Assembly: GCA_965649765.1 (NCBI GenBank)
Contig: OZ287757.1
Coordinates: forward strand, 30,504,001 to 30,568,000
Length of the DNA: 64,000 bases
Direction: 5' to 3'
Origin: Bispira polyomma
Lineage: Eukaryota
Made by a program: the position numbers and the translations under genes. The notes under the pieces were generated by a model. It worked only from the letters and a program-made list of their open reading frames with translations. It did not search any database and was not told the DNA's origin. Positions 1 to 11,626 of this stretch are shown here, piece after piece. The stretch's first letter is position 1. Each line of letters begins with the position of its first letter.

Positions 1-3000
1 TTTCTTTCTGACGTTCCTGGTCTTTTGGGTGACCTTGCTATGGCTCCAGTAGTTTTATTCCTGTTAATAGGTTTTTGGCCTGGCTGACGTGTTTTCTGCA
101 CCTGTGCTGACCTGGGCATATTGCGTGGGGCAGCGAATGTACCTGCCTAAGTGGTATCACTTATTCGTAGCGACACTCGCTGGGCTAAAAGCTTGTTGTC
201 ATATAGTTAGACACTACAGGACATGATGCTTGTTGTACCTCAGTAGCTGGGTTGATTAGGAATATACTTGTTATATTGCTCAAGCATCTCTCCATCAACA
301 AGGGCTAGTCAAAGGGCTCCATCCTGTTATGGGTCATAAAGACTCGCTCATAGATGTCTTGGTTATCTGTAATAACTCTATGGGACAATCCAAGTCTTGA
401 TATAAATCCACTGATCATACATTTTTCTACATCCTCTGCATTCTGATGTGGCAATGGAAAACACTCTACTGCTTGGTATAAATGGTCTTAGTATGTCTAT
501 ATGCACTCTTTCAAGTAGTTAACCCAGATAATATTGTTCCAGTGGCGCTTGGGGTTTCACTGTGGCTTTCTTGTTCTTATTGCAAACACTGCAAGATCTT
601 TCAAAAAGCTCCACATCTTTAGATAATCCATAACATATATAGGACATATTTATTCGTGCTATTGTCTTTGTAATCCCCATGTGTCCTATTAGAAGAAGAT
701 CATGATTCAACGACATCACATCCTTCTTTAGACTTTCTGGCACCACAAACAACAGCTTATCACCCAAATCACCACTCCATTGATAGTATAGCAGCTCATC
801 CTGATACACCAGCTGACTTCTATGCAAATACAGATATTTTACAGTTTGACTACACAGTGCAAGAACTTTCTGTTCTGGATCAATTTCAAAAGTTATCCAA
901 TTTATAATTTTCTTTGGACACTCGTCTGCATGCTGTGCTTCATGTAACTGTTTCTTGGTATATCCCTCAACCCAGATAGAGTTGAAATACAAAGAGTTTG
1001 ATTTGACCGCTGATTTTACTGCTAGCGGAACAACGTCATCTACATCTTCATCAAACCTCGACCATTGGTTATGTGCTTTTGTACAGTATTTTCAACCTCT
1101 GCAAGGCAATGTAGTCAGCTTCGATCCGGCCTTATAACAATCCCAAAATTCAGTGTCATCAGGGATTCTTGACATTCCGTCTGCATTACCATGCTTCGCT
1201 ATAGGTCAATGCACAACTGTCCCATCAAACTGACTCAGTTCCTCTCGCCACCTTACTAATTGTTGTTCAATGTACTTGAATCTGAGAAGCCAAGTCAGGC
1301 TGTCATGATCCGTTCAGTGTAAAAACTTGCATTCTTAAAGGTAATGATGGAATTGTCTGGTGAATGCTTCCTGATGCTCGGTATTTCAGAAGAATGTCTT
1401 ACATTGGTAACTGGAGCCTTAGTAGATTTTTTCCTATATGTCCTGTTCACAGCAGGTGGTTGATATGACTTCCTGTCCCCTCTAACATATTGTGAATTAA
1501 TTCTTTTGTTAAACACCTTTTTATAACTGCGTCAATTACGGGTGTAGATGACAGATTACCTGGAAAACTGAGCTGTGATTGAGGTTTACTGACCGGCTTT
1601 ACTTGAGTCATCGATACTGGTAGCTCATACCCAGTCTATTCCAGGTCCTTTTGCCATGCTGATGGTAATGTAGAGTCCATCCTATTTTTTCTGTTTCAGT
1701 TCTGTAACACCAGCTGTCACCTGATTGCAAACCACTTTAGCCTCTTCGCAAAGGATATCCTCCTCGAGTGCCTGCTTCTGATCAACAAGCTGTCCAGCTC
1801 TTGCAATTATATTACCTTTAACTCCTTCATTTGCTGCACACTTTTGATTTGGGCTTCCTTCTCCAGTATATAGCATTCCACGACAGAATCACGCTCTGTT
1901 TTCAGATCAGATAATTTCTGAGATTTATTGAGATCCTCCTGAAGGGAATTACGCTCAGGATTCTGCATTGCTACATCATCCGTTAAAGATGTGTATATTT
2001 GGGATTTAAGGTTATCCACATCCTGTTTCAAAACACCCACATTTTGCATCAAGTTTGAAAAATCTAGATCCATTGTAAACTTCTGGCTTCCTAGTTTGCT
2101 TTCAAGGTCATCGACTATCTGTTCCATGGACAGAATGCACATCGAGATGACACCTATGTCCTTTTGGAGCTCCACAATTTGAGTGTTACTCTGCATATCA
2201 TATTGAACATCATTCAATAAATTCAGTTGTACTCTTTAAAGGCTGGCATCCAGCACCTGAACGTCAGACTTGTTTGATGTGACATGCTGATGAAGTTCTA
2301 TCTGATATGGCCTGTCTGCTCTCTAGGAGATTGAACAGACATTTGCATGACACTTACGTCCTTCTGCCTCCCTCGTGGTGGATTTAATGTCTGACGAAAC
2401 GGCACTGATTTCCTGTTTCATAGTAGCTAGCTAATGGGTAGTTTCCTGAACAACCTGTGTAACTTGGACATCCAGTTTTTTCACATTTTACTGTAAACCT
2501 GCTACTTTCACTTCTGCTTTCTGAGTGTGCGATCTGATGCCACTCAAGTCATTTTCTCCAGGAGCCATTTTCTGTTGGATCTAAATAATTTGTCTTTTTG
2601 TGCAGGCCAATTTATTCGAGACATCCTTTTGGTTTTTCTCCACTTTTATGGTCCAATTCGCCTACCACACCTTCCACCACATCACATTTTTTAGTAACAG
2701 GTTTAATGGCTACACCAAGCCATCCAATGTGTCAGTCTTCTTGCTTACCACATCTAATAACTTAAGTAACTGCCAGTTTGCTTGCCATGGTGTCCAACCA
2801 TGACTCGACACCCATTGACTTGCCCACATTCTGTTGTCCATCACCTGATGTGACGACTTGCTCCTGGGTGACACTCTAGGCAAAGTTCCTTCAACTAGAC
2901 CACCACCTGATGCGACAAATCCCTGTGCCACTACAAATACTGTACTGAATATAGGGCTAACCGAAAATGTCACCATTCCTGAGGTTAACATTGCTTCCTT

Positions 3001-3170
3001 CAGTTTGTCTTGAACATCAATTTTAGAAAATTGCTGTCTGGTTAACTTTCAACCAAATCTTGTGCGGGCTGTCACAATTTTCTCAGCCCTTTTATTGCCA
3101 ATTTTGTGAAATGTTTTCAAATTTCTAGCAACTCAAACTGAAACTGATTTTTTTTTTCAGCCATTTTTTC
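1..3170 (-). mobile_element. Decayed Ty3/Gypsy LTR retrotransposon remnant (gag-like coiled coil, RNase H C-terminus, integrase zinc-binding domain); no RT recognisable
   Basis: ORF 519-992 has an integrase H2C2 motif (NHDLLLIGHMGITKT...CSVC). About 1170-1320 reads like the RNase H end (TDHDSLTWLL...HGNAD). ORFs 1682-2217 are coiled-coil gag-like. Many stops; boundaries approximate. Confidence 0.75.
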
Positions 3171-3279
3171 ATTGATAAAATCAGCAACATTCGTGACGGT
3201 TTTTCAATGATGTATCATTTCTGTCCTCCAACCCCAAGGTATAAGATTTCTAACTGGTTCCATTTCTGCACACTTTCTG

Positions 3280-4690
3280 AGCTGGATGAAATCCTCTCCT
3301 ATTAAATCTTGATCTTGTGAACTAGATCCTATCCCACCGGTTATTCTAAATCAATGCCTTTGACATTCTAGTCACCCCATAACCAACATTTTATCAAATT
3401 TTTCTCTTAAGGATGGTGTTTTTCCCACTTGTTTCAAGACTGCAAATATAACTTCCTTGACAAAAAAACAAGGCTTCAGAACCAGCTCAAAACTACAGAC
3501 CAGTGTCAAACCGCAGATTTGCCTCTAAAGTTATCGAGAAAGCTGTAGCACAAGAAATTTCTGACTACCTCAACATCGAAAATCGTCACCAATCTGCTTA
3601 CAGAAAGTTTCACTCTACAGAAAGTGCCCTTTTTCCTATCAGCAATGATATCAATTTTGCACTGGACCGCAACAAAACAGTGGCCCTCACCATTTTAGAT
3701 CTTTCAGCAGCATTCGACACTATTGATCGTGGTCTGATCTGCACCACTCTCAAGCAGTGGTTTGGAATAAATGGCATTTCTTTGAATGGATCAGATCCTA
3801 CCTTACTCTTAAAGTAGAAAGGATAAAATTAGAGGATCACGTATTATCTTCCATGAACCTACCATACCTACCTACCGTCCTTGAGCCTCCACACATCCTG
3901 TCAGCACGGTCATCAATATTCATAATATAAACACCACGTTTGCCGATGACACTTAAGTCTATCTCTCTCAACCCTCAATATGCAAATAAAAATATTTATC
4001 TACTCCCTGACTCTCTGTACGCTGTCCAAGCGTGGATGAACTCCTGCAAATTAAAATTAGACCCAGACAAAACTGAATTCATTCTCACTGGAAACAAGAA
4101 AAACAGTAAATTCTTAAAAATTTTGCTCCCCATTTCCCTTCTGAAAATGCCAAAAATCTAGGTGTCACTTTTGATTTAGCCTTTTTGTTTGACACTCACA
4201 TTGCCAACATCTGTCGCTACTGCTATTACCACATACGTGACATTAAAATAATTCGAAACCACCTGTCAATGGACACTGCAATAACTGTGGCTAACGCCCT
4301 TGTGAGCAGCCGCCTCGACCACTGCTTCTTGGAGTAAACAAGGCACAGATTAAAAATCTCCTGTCCATTCAAAACAACTTATGCAGGGTGTTCGCACAGA
4401 CCTCACTCCTTACCACAAAAAAGTTTGTTCAAAAACCACGTCACCACTTTTAAGGCTGTAGTCACTCAACAGCCCTTGTTCCTTACTTCCCTTTTGTCTT
4501 TCAGTAACCGTAAGAGAGGCAACAGATATTCTGTTTATTCGGTCAGACCCATCAGGAAGGCGGGATCCAGAGCTTTCTCCATTGCAGCTTCCTTGTTATG
4601 GAACAGTCTCCCAGTTGACCTCAGATCAGTTGATACACTCATCAGTTTTAGGAAAAGGCTTAAAACCTATCTTTTTAACCTTGCCTAACC
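3280..4690 (+). mobile_element. 5'-truncated, decayed L2/CR1-clade non-LTR retrotransposon (RT and 3' end)
   Basis: Motifs ELDPIP, NYRPVS, HQSAYRKFHSTESAL, LDLSAAFDTID, FADDT, KLKLDPDKTEFI, RAFSIAASLLWNSLP and FRKRLKTYLF occur across frameshifted ORFs. Confidence 0.9.
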
Positions 4691-4841
4691 ACCCACCTTC
4701 CCTCCTGCACTCCCCCACATCTATCCTTATGACCTTGCCATGCCCATGGACTTTACGAATGGATCAATAATTCTGCTGTTACGCTTTAGAAGATGCCTAG
4801 CATCAATACAGCACGTTAAAAATTCATAATAATAATATTAA

Positions 4842-4847
4842 ACCCGG
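4842..4847 (+). repeat. Left target-site duplication ACCCGG
   Basis: Identical hexamer at 26553-26558; 6-bp TSDs are typical of Polinton integrases. Confidence 0.95.
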
Positions 4848-5102
4848 AGTAGTAGCGTATTGCAGGATTTGAGGTACCCCCCGGAGGAGTCGTGCCACCC
4901 CCATGATCATGATAAGCCCCCCCGAAGATCTTATAAACCACCCCAATGAGTAGAATCGTGATGAGCCCCCCTGAAGATCTTATAAACCACCCCAAAGAGT
5001 AGAATCGCATGCCAACACGCTGTTCACTCTAAAATAAACACCGGTAGAAGTTGAATGAGTACAAACAAGCACTCGAGTGCAGTCACTCTAAAATAAAGAC
5101 CA
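4848..5102 (+). repeat. Left terminal inverted repeat (255 bp)
   Basis: Reverse complement of 26298-26552, with one mismatch seen by eye (GAATCGCATG vs GAATCACATG). Contains two ~45-bp subrepeats with TATAAA. Confidence 0.96.
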
Positions 5103-5199
5103 AACCTGATCTTAGAAAGGATGTACAACAGAATCATCTACCAAATAAACACCAGTAGAAGTTGAATGAGTATAAACAAGCACTCGAGTGCAGTCATTC

Positions 5200-5451
5200 T
5201 AAAATAAAGACCAGACGAGTTATTTATACACAGTTCCCTGTTGTTTTTGTGTTTCAATACTATTTTAAAATCACAAATTGCTGATCCTCTAATTTCTACT
5301 GTCTTCTCTTCATCACTGTCGATTGTGTATTCAGCCATAGTTATTTTCAGTTAAAATCTCGGAGGATCACTTGGAAATAAATACTGAATAAAAGCACAAT
5401 TTCCTTTTGTGTGTCTTTTATGTTCGAAAAAGACGTCTTCAAAAGAATCCC
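5200..5451 (+). repeat. 252-bp direct copy of internal segment 25423-25674 (5' end of the PC4-like gene plus 3' end of the BIR gene)
   Basis: Near-identical sequence in the same orientation; explains ORF 5138-5338, which starts MAEYTIDSDEEK like 25010-25561. Confidence 0.95.
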
Positions 5452-5955
5452 TCAAAGCGGCCTTGTCTGATCTTAGAAAGGATGTACAACAGAATCATCT
5501 ACCAAATAAACTCCTGGTAAGTGGAGTAGCCTTGTCAGCAACTTTAAAAGGTAAAGCACCACCAAGGGTGTATTGGTTGCAATCCTTTTGAATAACCCCT
5601 ACAGGTTGAATTGGTGTTAAGGGGAAAAGATCTCAAAACAAATGGAATATCAAAGATCAGTTAAAATTCCTTTATATTACAAGATTACATGTTAAGATCT
5701 TTTAAAACACTAAAACAACTTATGTTTACGAACACATTTATTTCATGTACTACTACCCTTTAAATCGTTTGGTATTTCTAAGTAAAACTACACTTAGAAA
5801 TCTTAGACGTTCGAAAACACGATTAGATTTTTTCTTGTATAAATACAAACACATTAAACACTTAACACATAATTATACAAATTGTTGTAGAAGCGCACCA
5901 CAGAATAATCATTTCATTTTATTGGCTGGTTCTTAATTCTGAGGGAATTATTTTA

Positions 5956-6006
5956 TTGGTTGGATTTCCAATTGGTGTGTTTGTTAACAAGTTGTAGTTT
6001 ATAAAA
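5956..6006 (+). promoter_or_regulatory. Putative Pol II promoter (CCAAT-type motifs and TATAAAA) of the spliced PC4-like gene
   Basis: ATTGG/CCAAT at ~5956-5975, TATAAAA at 6000-6006, ATG at 6132; matching AATAAA at 8020-8025. Confidence 0.5.
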
Positions 6007-6131
6007 GAACCGGTTAGCTTAAATTATAAGCATCTGAAATAGGAATTTATTACAAATTGTGAGATAGTTTGGATAGATTTAGTGTTTGGATAAATTTTGT
6101 GTTTGGAAAACAACACCTTTTACGAAAAGAA

Positions 6132-7838
6132 ATGGCTTCAATGTAAGTACGACAAAGTTATTTTGTTTAAATTTATTTAATATATAAAATTAGTTATTGT
6201 GATATTATAATTAGAAAATTTAATACTTGAAACTTTATGAAAATGCAACGCAATTATAATATATATTTATATACTACACAACTATAATTTATTCACATCA
6301 ATCAAATTGATAAATACTTAAGTTTTTTTGTTTTTTTTTTGTAATAGAAGTCAAACTTCTTATAGTCGCAAGATTTTATTTATTTTGTCGAGTCACGGAA
6401 AAAACAAAAATGAATAAAAGCTGATTATATTTTTAAAAATTAAACAAGATTTGTATATATATTTATTTAGGAAGAGAAAAGCAGTAACAGAAGAGAAAGA
6501 GTTATTGACTAGGAAGACAAAGAAAACAAACAGGTAAATAACATTATACCCATTTTGTTATTTAGTAGAAATATGTGTAAATATAAGTACTAACAACACT
6601 ATAAAATACAACATATAAATATTTTCACCAAACCTACTAATTAAACTGTGAAAAAATTGTAGTTAAATTTGAGTTTTAGAGCTTCTTGCTGTGAAAACTT
6701 TAGGGAATATATATTATTTAATAATTTTACATAATTTTAAAGAAAAATAACTTTATCACTAAATTAATTTCCTAATTAGAAAACAAATTCTAAACTTTAA
6801 TAGGTATTTTATCATATTTATAATATTCGTATCTTTCTTTTTACAGTTCCTTGTTCAATGACGACATGAGTGATGAAGTTCACAGTGAGCAGGAAGACGG
6901 TAAAGAGGATTCGGACCTAGAGTGGGTGGAACCCTACACACCCCTTTAAACCACCCAAAATCCTAAAAAGTCTAAACAACCCTCAAAACCCCGAAAACCT
7001 AAAATTATTCTTGAATCCGGAGCCTCCAACGTGGTAACCGGCTATCAAGCTTTAGCCACAATGGCTCACGCCATCCAACCTCCAGCATGCAGTGTTGTCA
7101 ATAAACCTCTGCAGAAACAGATGTCTACAACAACAAGAGCAACAAACAACAATACAACCACAAAGTGAGTATATTTAACATCTTAATTATGTGTAATTTT
7201 CTTTAATGATGAAATAAGTAATTCATATTTTTTTGTGAGTATATTCATAATCATGTAGGAAGATAATTGAAAATAATCTTTGTATTTTGGTCTTATTCTA
7301 ATTATAGTTACACCTAATAAAGGAGGAAAGAAGTAAGTATATAAAATTTTGTGTTTTATTAACAACTAATCAATTTAGTTATATATTTTTGTTTTTTTCT
7401 TTTTGCTACAGTTATGCGTTTGTGGAAATCATCAATGATCACTTCACCATGAAAAAAGACACAGACGACGGTGAATACACCATCATGACAGAGTACAGAG
7501 ACAGTGGACTAAGGCTTTACCCCGAACATTGTGAGGGTGTACTCAGGAATTTGGATGTGCTTGTACAATCCGTAAATAGAGTCAAACAAGACCGTCGTGT
7601 GAACCTTAGGGTTGATATAGCAGACGACGGTCTTAAAGCTTGTGTAGATACCAACCACTCCTACATATCGTTTAGGAGGTTTGAGAAGTTGTTCAAAGGA
7701 GGGGATTACCCACTCCCTGGAAAAGGATTTGTAGTACAAAAAGATGAAATAGATGTTTTTGTACAAAACCTCAGAGACTTTTTACAAAATGTAGAAAAAA
7801 CAAAAACAAAACGTACATTTCACAGGAGAAGTGTTTAG
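6132..7838 (+). pseudogene. Four-exon gene (6132-6142, 6471-6533, 6847-7164, 7412-7838; 272 aa) with basic/acidic disordered N-terminus and C-terminal PC4-like ssDNA-binding fold; one in-frame TAA at 6947-6949
   Basis: Three GT-AG introns (donors gtaagt, gtaaat, gtgagt; pyrimidine-rich acceptors), all phase 2. Exons sum to 819 nt. C-terminus YISFRRF...PGKGFVVQKDEIDVF resembles PC4 IDIREY...PGRKGISLNPEQW. Confidence 0.75.
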
Positions 7839-8040
7839 AGACTGTTAGAATCACAATATTGAGAAGAGACTCTTTAGATGGACTTTCTTTAATATAAAAT
7901 TTAGAGTAAAAGAGACTGTTTAAATATTAAGCTAAAAGCGGATTGTTTAAAAGCTTTTAAATATACAAGTTGAGTATCCTTGTTATACTCAGAAATATCA
8001 TTTTATAATGTATTTAACAAATAAATAAATATGAAGATAC

Positions 8041-10154
8041 CTATAAATCAGTTTCATGACTTCCGTAACTCATATTTTCCAAGAAAATTGGTGATGTCTC
8101 CCTCCTATTTCGTTGTCTTTTGTGGTAACATTTGAAGAGACACAAAGTAACTCCAACACTAGTAAGGAATACCATGAAAGACAATCCAGTTGTCAAAGCT
8201 ATAACCCATTTATCTGTCAAAAGAGATATATTGACTGTTACATGTAACATATTATTGCAAGCTCTTACCGTAAAAGTTTGAATCATAAAAAAATTTGAAC
8301 ATTTTCGGTTATCCGAACGTTTTGTTTATTCGAACACTTTAAATATTTCTGGTTAACAGATCCCCAAAATGTTACATCAATCTTCAAATTTCAAAACTAA
8401 TTTGTACATCAAAACATTTTAGGTCAATCAAACATTTTGGTTTAACAACTCTCTAATGCTTGAAGAGACACAAACTTACTCCATCACTATTAAGGAATAC
8501 TACGAAATCCACTTGTTAAAGATCTAACCTATTTATCTGTCAAAACAGAGATGTATATGTCATATGTAAAATATCATTCCAAGGTCACATCATAAAAGTT
8601 AGAATCTTTTGGTTTTCCGAACGTTTTGTTTGACCTAAATTTTTCTCGGAGAACCGATATTCTATTCACAAAACTATGAAAATACATATACTAAAGCTTC
8701 TTTTAGGAACTTCAAAAGGCTTAACCTAATAAAATATTTGGTTAACAGGACAGTTCCAACATTCTATTCGTAAAACTATGAACTAAACAGAATATCTATA
8801 TTGAAGCTGTCTTTAGGAACTTTAACAGGCTTAACCTCATCAAATGTTCGGTTAGCCGAACAGTTTAATATTCTATTTTATAAAACTGCGAACTAAACAG
8901 AATACCTATACTGAGGCTTCTTTTAGGAACTTCATTGGGTGTGGAAGAACTTTTTGTAGAGCCATCCGTTATCAAAGTAAAGACAGAAGTGGTCATCTCA
9001 GTTGTTTTGGACGGTTCTAGAGTGCTTTGGTTTTCTAAAGACAAACACTTATCTTCATAATATTTACCTGCTTTTTATTGAAACACATTTATTGAAACAT
9101 ACATATACCGAACAAGTTCGGATAACCGAATATCCGAACATGTTCGGATAATCCGAAAGTTTGGTTAACCGAATATGTTCGGATAACCGGTTATCCGAAA
9201 TTCGGTTATCCGGAAATTTGATTATCCGAACATGTTCGGATATTCTATTCATAAAACTGCGTACTAAACAGAATACCCATACTGAAGCTTCCTCTAAGAA
9301 CTTAAAAACAAACAGTTATCTTCATAATCTTTATCTGTTTTATTGAAACAAACTCATAACTCAGTGTAATATAAGAAAATTAAGCGAAACTGGTAAAAGT
9401 CTTTCAACAAAAATTATTTCACTTTAAATTTGTTTAGTCACTATTTTTTAAAGATTTACCATGTTCAGTTGAAAGGTTAATGTCAGCAACTGTGGTTGTC
9501 CGAGATGGTTCTACACTTTCTACACTAAGTGATGTAGCAGACAAATCAGTTGTCTTGTCTACCGCACTGGTTGTAGCAGACAAACTGCTTGTCGCAGTCG
9601 ACAAACTAGTTGTTGTGAAAGCAGTCCCAACACTTGATATTTTACTGGTCAAGGCTTCGGTTGAAAGAACTTTTAAAAAGATTAAACAAAACATGCATAC
9701 AATCAATTATTATTCAATATACGTCAAATTTTAACGACAAGACAGAAAGACTTTTATCAATTCAAAACACTTGAATATTTCTATCATATGTACATATTTT
9801 GAAATGGGATTATTAAATGAATAAAAACCAACCTGCGCATCTACTTAATTCCAGTTTAACTTTCATTTGAGATTGTTTTTCATGAACAAGACTACAGTTA
9901 ATATTAACTGTCTGGTCACCCGAGAATAACTCCAAATTCTTGAATTTATCCAGGAAATCCAATTTTGTTACAAAGGAATTAGTAATAAAGAAGTATAACA
10001 ACTTCTCTGGATGAACCACACTAACATCAGGCTCACCAAAAATGTTCAAGCAATTGATTTGCCTTTCAAAACAGAAACATTTGTCATCTTTGAAGCAGTC
10101 ATTACTACAAACTTTTGCAATTAGCAACAACAGAAAAAACACGGAGACATACAT
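8041..10154 (-). CDS. Four-exon type I membrane glycoprotein (10154-9833, 9669-9460, 9034-8906, 8213-8041; 277 aa): signal peptide, LRRNT-like Cys cap, Ser/Thr mucin stalk, TM helix, short tail ending ETDL
   Basis: Three GT-AG introns, all phase 1; the spliced frame is open for 834 nt. It joins ORF-track fragments 9813-10154, 9434-9706 and 8041-8286 plus an unlisted 129-nt exon (ENQSTLEPSKTTEMTTSV...). Confidence 0.8.
9105..9243. repeat. Cluster of short palindromic repeats (TATCCGAACATGTTCGGATA and variants) in intron 2 of the membrane-protein gene
   Basis: Perfect 20-bp palindromes at 9131-9150 and 9223-9242, with degenerate CCGAA/TTCGG units between them. Confidence 0.85.
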
Positions 10155-11476
10155 AGTTGCAAAAATCGTTTTGAATGTGTAATACTTTTAGCTGTTCTGT
10201 TCAACTGAATTTCTAAGGAAGACTGACTCAACTTAGATATTTTTTGTTTTTTCTAGATTTTGGTTAGTAGTGTTTATATTGGCTTGAAGAAAATTTATTA
10301 CACACAATTGCAAAGGAGGGTATGTGTATTTGTGTGTGACTATGCCAACCAAAAAGAGAAAAAACCATTTCCGTGTAAACGATAGACATAAATCAAATAA
10401 ACCAACCTAAAGAAAATAACAAGTTTCGTTACATCTGAAAACCATAAGCACATTTTTTTTTTTTCCTTAGCTTCATACTCTCCTAATGCTACACATAAAT
10501 CAAATAAAGAGAGCTAAAGAAATAACCAGTTTCTTTACATCTGAAAACCATAAAAAAAATTTTCTTGCCTATTAACGTTTATCAAGTCTTTGTTAGATAA
10601 ACGTTAATTATACTAATATAAAGGCTACATCATGAACTATCTGTTATTTCTTTTGGATTTACAAACTATCAAAGTTGATTTATACTGAAAATTAATTCAA
10701 ATGCATAAAGACAGATTTTCTTCACTTCTCCATAAATAGAGTTCATTGAGTTAACTAGGCGTGTATGTTTGTTCTTTAGCTTAAATATTTTAGGGGATAT
10801 TAACCTTGTATCTGATAACAGTTTGAGGTTTATGATACACACTAGTGGATGATTGTATAGCTCTATCCTAGCTCCCCGGGTGCTCTGTGTATGTGTGTGT
10901 ATGGTAAACGTCTGCTTTATTATCTTATAGGTCAAAACCCATATGGGGAGTTGAGATGTGTGTAGGTGTAGTGCAAACATACCACTGCCTGTATACCTTC
11001 AATAAGTAGCTGGCTTCTATACATCATATATATGTGTGTTGTGAGTGAGTGTGTGTGGTATATGTATGTATTTGTTTTGGAGTGGAGATCAGACAATACT
11101 TCTTCACTATTTTCACTTTTTGGTGAAGTATAGAAGACTTTGACTTGTTTAAAGCAAATTATAGTATTACATATATGTGAAAGTGTTTGATTTCTTTTTA
11201 ACCAATTTGTTGATAATGTGAACTGTGTGTGTTTGATATTAGAACACATGGAGATTATACATATGACTGATTCTACTTCTTACATTTCAAAGGATTTGTG
11301 ATTAGTGTCAGTTTGGGAATACATGAAATAAAGGATTACATTCAAAGATAAACTGCAAAAGTAAGTGTATATTTTTGTTATTAAAACTATGTAAAATAAT
11401 CAACTTATTGTTTTGCAAAATAATTTAAAAGACCGCTTGTATCTGAAAAGTCTGTAATAACCAATTTACTTTCCAG

Positions 11477-11626
11477 ATGGCAGAGAATTACGCTAATCTT
11501 ACTACTGTTGAAAGACAAGAACTTAGAGCTCAACCAAATGTAGATATGATACAGCAATGGGCTAAGACAAGATCCATCAACAATCACCCTGAGGTTCTTG
11601 AAAAGATCATTGAAAAATATGAAGAT
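11477..11626 (+). CDS. Putative first coding exon (50 aa, MAENYANL...EKYED) of the PolB polyprotein
   Basis: Preceded by acceptor tttccag directly before the ATG. Ends at a phase-0 donor (GAT|gtaagt) that matches the phase-0 acceptor ttgttccag|TTA at 14302/14303. An upstream non-coding donor gtaagt sits at 11361. Confidence 0.65.

Noticed and set aside
4816-5010. ORFs 4816-5010 (-) and 26405-26626 (+) with matching sequence
   Set aside because: They are mirror translations of the TIRs that run out across the element boundary; no coding features.
5138-5338. 66-aa ORF resembling the PC4-like gene
   Set aside because: Truncated by-product of the 252-bp duplication, fused to TIR-derived sequence; lacks the PC4 core.
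9064-9346. ORFs 9064-9252 and 9161-9346, and a CRISPR-like look to the repeats
   Set aside because: The ORFs are translations of the palindromic repeats; there are no unique spacers, no cas genes, and the context is eukaryotic.
10669-11249. ORFs 10669-10980 and 10932-11249
   Set aside because: TG/CA-rich low-complexity sequence with no recognisable motif; more likely UTR or a decayed gene.
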